Source: an uncultured virus (IMG/VR IMGVR_UViG_3300046517_000919) (Duplodnaviria > Heunggongvirae > Uroviricota > Caudoviricetes). Taken from it: a stretch of 20,000 nt of DNA. Shown here piece after piece: positions 15,561 to 20,000 of this stretch (positions within the stretch are counted from its first letter, which is position 1; every line of letters begins with the position of its first letter). Location: IMG/VR virus record IMGVR_UViG_3300046517_000919. One strand, 5' to 3'. Below the pieces are notes generated by a model. It had not been told where the DNA came from and made no database searches. It saw only the letters and a list, made by a program, of their open reading frames with translations. Made by a program: the position numbers and the translations under genes.

Positions 15561-17187
15561 GGCTTCGGATCAGACCCAGCGCAATGTGGACCGCTCGATC
15601 CCTGCGGTTCGCGCCAGATGCGAGAGATCTCTGTACACGTTTGTGAGGGAAGCATGGCACGTTCTGGAGCCTGCGACGCCGTTCGTAGACAACTGGCACC
15701 TTCAGGCGGTGTGCGACCACCTGACGGCGGTGAGCGACGGGACGATCACCAGACTTCTGATCAACATCCCCCCCGGGTCGATGAAGTCACTGCTCGTCTC
15801 AAGCTTTTGGCCAGCGTGGGAATGGGGGCCCCGGTCGATGATGTCGTTGCGTTACTTGACGACTTCATTCGCCGAGATCGCCGTTGGCAGGGACTGTCGG
15901 AGGATGAGAGATCTGATTTTGTCCGACTGGTATCAGAAGCACTGGCCAGACGTGGTTTTGAAGCGCGTGGGGGAGTTCAGTTTCGAAAACTCGATGACTG
16001 GTTCAAGAGATGGGATTCCCTTCGGCAGCCTGACCAGTAAGCGCGGAGATCGCCTTATCATCGACGATCCGCACTCGGTGATAAGGGCTGAGAGCAAGCT
16101 TGAGCGTGAAACGACGATTCGGAAGTTTCGCGAGGGGGCGATCAACCGGCTGAACGATCAAAAGCGCAGCGCCATCGTCGTGGTGATGCAGCGGCTGCAT
16201 TCCGGCGACATCTCTGGCGAGATCATGGACACCGGGATGGGCTATGTCTGTCTCGTGCTGCCGATGGAATATGAGAGCGGGCGGCATTGTTCGACGGAGC
16301 TGGGCTTCTCCGATCCTCGTGTCGTCGAGGGGGAGCTGCTTTGTCCTGCGCGCTGGGACCGCGTCGTATGCGATGACCTCAAGCGGGACATGGGTCCGGT
16401 GGGATGGGCCAGCCAGTACCAGCAGCGGCCGGTGCCGCGTGGCGGCGACATCCTGCCCTACAACGGCTGGGAGTACTGGAGCAAAGCCACTTCCATGATC
16501 TACGGCCGGTCGGAGAACCAGTTCCCCGATTTTGAGTACATCCTCGGGATCTTGGACACTGCGTTCGGCGAGAAGCAGGAGAGCGATTACTCGGCCTTCG
16601 TCGTGCTTGGGGTGTGGACGAATTTGTATGACCAGCCGCAAGTGATGGTGATGCATGCGTGGCGGAGGCGGCTCAAGTTTCACGACCTTGTCGAAGACAT
16701 CATCAAGCAGGCGGAGAAGTTCCGGTGCGACCGGGTGCTGGTGGAGAACAAGGCCAATGGGATCAGCGTGTTTGATGAGATCGTACGACTGACCAAGGAC
16801 GAGAGCTTCTCGATCCAGAAGATCGACCCGAGCAAGAACTTGAGCGCTGGGGGGACCGACAAGGAGGCTCGCGCCAGAGCCGTCAGCCACTTCTTGGGCG
16901 AGGAGCGCGACGACGGCACGCGGCGCCCGGGGATGGTGTGGGTGCCGTGCGTGACCCAGCCCGATGGTCATGTATGGCCGCGTAGCTGGGTTGAGATGCT
17001 GATGGCCGAGGCGGCCGAGTTTCCCAAGGGCAAGCACGACGACCTCGTTGACGCCTTCGTGCATGGGTTGCGTTTCCTGCGACTGCGTGGTTTGGTTCGG
17101 CGGTCGCGGGAGGTGGAGGTCGAGGTGCAGAGCGCGTTGCGTGAAGGGGGGATGGAGGCGGGCTTGGCGCCGCTTTATCCGACGTGA
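15493..17187 (+). CDS. terL: Terminase large subunit
   Basis: NWHL Q-motif region, LLINIPPGSMKS (Walker A), LIIDDPH (Walker B), VVMQRLH, YQQRP, nuclease LDTA...DYSA, VENKANG, FPKGKHDDLVDA; GAGG RBS before ATG 15493. Confidence 0.95.
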   Translation: MSLIESLAGRVTATQVKEALRRRASDQTQRNVDRSIPAVRARCERSLYTFVREAWHVLEPATPFVDNWHLQAVCDHLTAVSDGTITRLLINIPPGSMKSLLVSSFWPAWEWGPRSMMSLRYLTTSFAEIAVGRDCRRMRDLILSDWYQKHWPDVVLKRVGEFSFENSMTGSRDGIPFGSLTSKRGDRLIIDDPHSVIRAESKLERETTIRKFREGAINRLNDQKRSAIVVVMQRLHSGDISGEIMDTGMGYVCLVLPMEYESGRHCSTELGFSDPRVVEGELLCPARWDRVVCDDLKRDMGPVGWASQYQQRPVPRGGDILPYNGWEYWSKATSMIYGRSENQFPDFEYILGILDTAFGEKQESDYSAFVVLGVWTNLYDQPQVMVMHAWRRRLKFHDLVEDIIKQAEKFRCDRVLVENKANGISVFDEIVRLTKDESFSIQKIDPSKNLSAGGTDKEARARAVSHFLGEERDDGTRRPGMVWVPCVTQPDGHVWPRSWVEMLMAEAAEFPKGKHDDLVDAFVHGLRFLRLRGLVRRSREVEVEVQSALREGGMEAGLAPLYPT

Positions 17188-17390
17188 ACACCGACATTGT
17201 TCTGGCGGAGCTTCGCCGGGTTCCGAGGCCACGGCGGAGCGTCGATATCTGGAAGGTGATCGGGCGCGAAATCAGCCGGTCTGGGATCTCGACTGCGCTG
17301 ATCAGGCTGGAGAAGCAGGGGGTGGTGAAGCGCCAGCGGCGGTTCGATCAGGACGGCGACGAGATCGCCTCCCACTGGTCGCTGCTATGA
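17184..17390 (+). CDS. Small winged-helix DNA-binding protein
   Basis: IWKVIGREISRSGISTALIRLEKQGVVKR; GTGA overlap with the terL stop. Confidence 0.65.
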   Translation: MNTDIVLAELRRVPRPRRSVDIWKVIGREISRSGISTALIRLEKQGVVKRQRRFDQDGDEIASHWSLL

Positions 17391-17578
17391 CTTTCACCCA
17401 TCGCGAGCTTTGGAAGTGCGCCGCGCGCGAGGTGGCGATGCGCAAGAACGTGTTCAAGAAGCGCGGCATGACGCCCGAGCGCGAGAAAGAGATCGAGCTG
17501 ATGGAGGCGATAGCCGCGCATTTTCGCGAGCTGGCTGAAGGGCTGTCATCCCCCAGTCGCGATAATTCCACAGAATGA
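17387..17578 (+). CDS. Hypothetical phage protein
   Basis: MTFTHRELWKCAAREVAMRKNVF...EIELMEAIA; ATGA overlap. Confidence 0.7.
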   Translation: MTFTHRELWKCAAREVAMRKNVFKKRGMTPEREKEIELMEAIAAHFRELAEGLSSPSRDNSTE

Positions 17579-17581
17579 GAC

Positions 17582-17611
17582 TTGACAGACTGTCGCTATC
17601 TTTGCGACAGT
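17582..17611 (+). promoter_or_regulatory. Promoter plus operator upstream of the PEP-CTERM cassette
   Basis: Consensus -35 TTGACA 17582-17587; TGTCGCT-ATCTT-TGCGACA at 17591-17609; weak -10. Confidence 0.6.
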
Positions 17612-17769
17612 GCGAGCCGCCGCTATCCCGGCGTGCCAGCCGCTCACGGGCGGAACTGGCGTCCTGTTCAAATGTCTTAGCTTGGGCACTGGACGAAAGC
17701 ACGGGAAAGACGGGGAGGGGGTTGGGTGACCGCCCGCCCCCTCCAGCGGGGACCAACACGCGGGGTAAC

Positions 17770-18471
17770 ATGAATATGAGAAAGCTTTTACTGACGACGG
17801 CGCTGCTTGGCGCTGTCGGGCTGAGCCCGGCTTGGGGCGCCAACACGGCGCTCATTCTGTGGAACGGGGCGAACCCGGGCGACGCCGAGACGGCGACCGG
17901 CACCAACGCTGCGGCCATTCTTGGCTCCAGCCTCGACGGCATCACCATCTCGGTGAGCGCCGCATCGCGGGCGCTGGACCCCAATGGGTTGAGCGAAGGC
18001 AACATCACCATCACCAACACCACCAACACCATTCAGGTGTTGCACATCATCGCTGGCGCGAATGGCTTCCTCGGGCCATCTGCGGACTTCAACCTGACCG
18101 GGACAATCGGCGTCGATAGCGGCACGGCGACTTTGGCTGGTTCGTTCTTCGCCGACGCGACCAACTCGCTCAACGGTCAGGGCTTTAACGTCACCGGCAC
18201 GGATCTTGGTGACTTCCTGTCGGCCGCGCTCGTCGGCCCGCACTCGTTCTCGTTCAACGGCAGCGGCTTTGACCCTGTGCTAGGGCCGTATGGTTTGGCT
18301 GAGAGCCTGACATTGACCCTTCAGCCGGGGGCTATCGTTGGCGTTCAGAACGTCTCGATGGACGTAGCGGCGGTGCCCGAGCCGTCCACTTGGGCGATGA
18401 TGGGCGCGGGTTTCGCGTTCATAGCGTTCTTGGGCTTCAAGCGTAAGCGTGAGGCGAGGTTCGCCGTCTAA
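17770..18471 (+). CDS. PEP-CTERM (PEPxxWA-CTERM) sorting-domain surface protein 1
   Basis: Signal peptide MRKLLLTTALLGAVGLSPAWG-A; G/T/N/S-rich body; C-terminal VPEPSTWAMMGAGFAFIAFLGFKRKREARFAV (PEP, TM, basic tail). Confidence 0.93.
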   Translation: MNMRKLLLTTALLGAVGLSPAWGANTALILWNGANPGDAETATGTNAAAILGSSLDGITISVSAASRALDPNGLSEGNITITNTTNTIQVLHIIAGANGFLGPSADFNLTGTIGVDSGTATLAGSFFADATNSLNGQGFNVTGTDLGDFLSAALVGPHSFSFNGSGFDPVLGPYGLAESLTLTLQPGAIVGVQNVSMDVAAVPEPSTWAMMGAGFAFIAFLGFKRKREARFAV

Positions 18472-18559
18472 GAAGCCCTTCGGCGACGGCGAAGGGGGAG
18501 GGCGACTTCGATTCGTCTGTCGCTCTCCCCCAATGGCCCAACAACAAGGAACAACTCAC

Positions 18560-19366
18560 ATGAAAAAACTTCTTCTCGCAGCCGCGCTCACCGCGCTCGC
18601 TGCGCCCGCCTACGCGCAGACCTGCACGACCGATCCGGCGACTGGCAATACTCTCTGCGATCCGTCCACGCTGCATGTCTCAAGCTCCACCGCGACCGGC
18701 AAAGACCCGGTGCTGCTCAACGACACCAACACCTTCACCATCACTGAAGTTGGCAATCAGAGCATCAACGACCCGATCCGCGTCTACTTCATCGAGCCGT
18801 TGGGCGGGGTTCTGCCGACGATCACCGGAGCGACCGGGATTGGTCCGCTTGGAGCGTTCACCATCGGTGCAACCTCACTCGACCTTGCGCCGCGCGTACT
18901 CGATCTCGCTAACGGTCTGTTCGACGGCGCGCTGCTTGGCACCCTCACCGCCGGTCAGGACTTCGGCAAGCAGCTCGGCGTCGGCGGCGGGAGCTTGTCG
19001 TTCACCAACTTCATCAACGAGTACACGGCGCTTGGCCTGACCCTGCCCAGCGCATTCCAGATCGAGGAGGCGTCGTTCAACGTGCCGGGTGGCGGGTTTA
19101 CCAGCGACACGAACTTCCTCACCGTGAACGGTTCGTTCGCGCAGGGGACGATCATCGCTCCGATTGCGGTGGACGTGTCGATCAATCCGCACAACGGCAA
19201 GCTCGACATCACGGCGTATGACAGTCCGTGGACCGAGACGGCGATTGTCAATCCGCTTGGCTCTCCGGTCCCCGAGCCCTCGACTTGGGCAATGCTGATC
19301 AGTGGTTTCGGACTCATGGGCCTGTTCGGCTGGCGTAAGCACAAGATTGCGAGGTACGCCGTCTAA
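18560..19366 (+). CDS. PEP-CTERM (PEPxxWA-CTERM) sorting-domain surface protein 2
   Basis: Signal peptide MKKLLLAAALTALAAPAYA-Q; C-terminal VPEPSTWAMLISGFGLMGLFGWRKHKIARYAV; AAGGA RBS. Confidence 0.93.
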   Translation: MKKLLLAAALTALAAPAYAQTCTTDPATGNTLCDPSTLHVSSSTATGKDPVLLNDTNTFTITEVGNQSINDPIRVYFIEPLGGVLPTITGATGIGPLGAFTIGATSLDLAPRVLDLANGLFDGALLGTLTAGQDFGKQLGVGGGSLSFTNFINEYTALGLTLPSAFQIEEASFNVPGGGFTSDTNFLTVNGSFAQGTIIAPIAVDVSINPHNGKLDITAYDSPWTETAIVNPLGSPVPEPSTWAMLISGFGLMGLFGWRKHKIARYAV

Positions 19367-19446
19367 AATCCCCCAGACGGCGCACAAAGGGGGAGGGGAT
19401 TGGCTACCGCACCTTCCGAGCCCCTCCCCTACCGCGCGGAGCTGAA

Positions 19447-19548
19447 ATGGACGACGAAGTTCAAAACTTCCTGACCACCGCGATGATCGTCATCGCCGTC
19501 GTCACTCTGACCATCTTCCTCATTTTTGCGATGCCCCATCATGGATAG
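19447..19548 (+). CDS. 33-aa transmembrane peptide
   Basis: GGAG RBS; MDDEVQNFLTTAMIVIAVVTLTIFLIFAMPHHG. Confidence 0.55.
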   Translation: MDDEVQNFLTTAMIVIAVVTLTIFLIFAMPHHG

Positions 19549-19723
19549 CGTTTGGATCGATTTCGCAAACACCGTCGCCTGGTACGCAACCTTCGTCCTA
19601 GCGGGGGCGGTCGTGGTGATCACGCTCATGTTCCGCCTGCTGGCGAACCCCGGCACGGCCCCGATGCACCAAATCACCGAGGAGCAGCGTCAGCGCATCG
19701 CGCGGGCCTACGGCCAGCCATGA
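19541..19723 (+). CDS. Small single-TM protein
   Basis: MDSVWIDFANTVAWYATFVLAGAVVVITLMFRLL...; overlaps both neighbours. Confidence 0.6.
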   Translation: MDSVWIDFANTVAWYATFVLAGAVVVITLMFRLLANPGTAPMHQITEEQRQRIARAYGQP

Positions 19724-19911
19724 CCGAGCCGAGCGCCGTGATCCCCGACTATCGCATGATCTGCGCTGATTGTGGTCGCGATAATGGCCCCGTCAGCAAG
19801 TTAAAATACGCCAAGAACAAGATGCCCATTTTGCCTATCTGTCAGTGCGAGCGCAGCCTATTCCGTCTGATTGACGGCCTATCCCCTCCCCCGAAGGAGA
19901 ATGGAAAGTGA
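19720..19911 (+). CDS. Small Zn-ribbon protein
   Basis: ICADCG...ICQC; ATGA overlap. Confidence 0.6.
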   Translation: MTEPSAVIPDYRMICADCGRDNGPVSKLKYAKNKMPILPICQCERSLFRLIDGLSPPPKENGK

Positions 19912-20000
19912 GGGAGGTAGCCGATTGGATGATCCTGAACGGATACGCCACCGGGCACGGCGATACGACCGCCGACATGTTGAGAGAGTTAGAGGTTCAG
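19908..20000 (+). CDS. Hypothetical phage protein, partial (runs off the window end)
   Basis: AAGGAG RBS, GTG start; VADWMILNGYATGHGDTTADMLRELEVQ. Confidence 0.6.
   Translation, partial: MREVADWMILNGYATGHGDTTADMLRELEVQ

Noticed and set aside
15493..17187. Intein or intron in terL
   Set aside because: Length and motif order are normal; no intein-type splice junctions or LAGLIDADG motifs.
16003..17232. 409-aa minus-strand ORF and other long antisense ORFs (e.g. 4663-5334, 5449-6216, 2188-2907, 11822-12574)
   Set aside because: Shadow ORFs of high-GC coding genes with no motifs or RBS.
573..17609. Repeated TGCGACA motif as a CRISPR array or transposon ends
   Set aside because: Copies are dispersed kilobases apart without regular spacers, and there is no cas or transposase gene.
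17656..17700. Hammerhead-like GTCC...GGACGAAA
   Set aside because: The CUGANGA core is missing (CTGGC instead); kept only as a generic structured leader.
17575..17769. N-terminal extensions of PEP-CTERM and other ORFs given in the ORF track
   Set aside because: Signal peptides and RBSs place the true starts downstream (17770/17776, 18560, 607, 9401).

Overview
GC-rich tailed-phage (Caudoviricetes) genome segment with no host housekeeping genes and no integrase in the window. An alphaproteobacterial host is inferred from the GC content and the PEPxxWA-type sorting signals. Left half (mostly minus strand): GH24 endolysin, a small membrane protein, two free-standing HNH endonucleases, many tightly overlapping small hypothetical/Zn-finger/HTH genes, a SNF2 (SMARCAL1/HARP-like) helicase, a SprT-like metalloprotease and two virion-type genes (one with Ig-like repeats). 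Middle: accessory ORFs including an RNAP alpha-CTD-like protein and a tandem paralog pair with a WxDCTCxPxRxEAL tail, then a ~1.2 kb non-coding region with IHF boxes. Right: terS-terL, not followed by a portal gene but by a cassette of two phage-borne PEP-CTERM (exosortase-substrate) surface proteins, with a structured leader and a repeated G-rich hairpin at each junction. A 19-bp palindrome TGT(C/A)GCA-N5-TGC(G/T)ACA recurs in many intergenic regions, often between -35 and -10 boxes, and defines a candidate phage-wide regulon that includes the PEP-CTERM cassette. All calls come from reading the sequence by eye; no database searches or folding programs were run.
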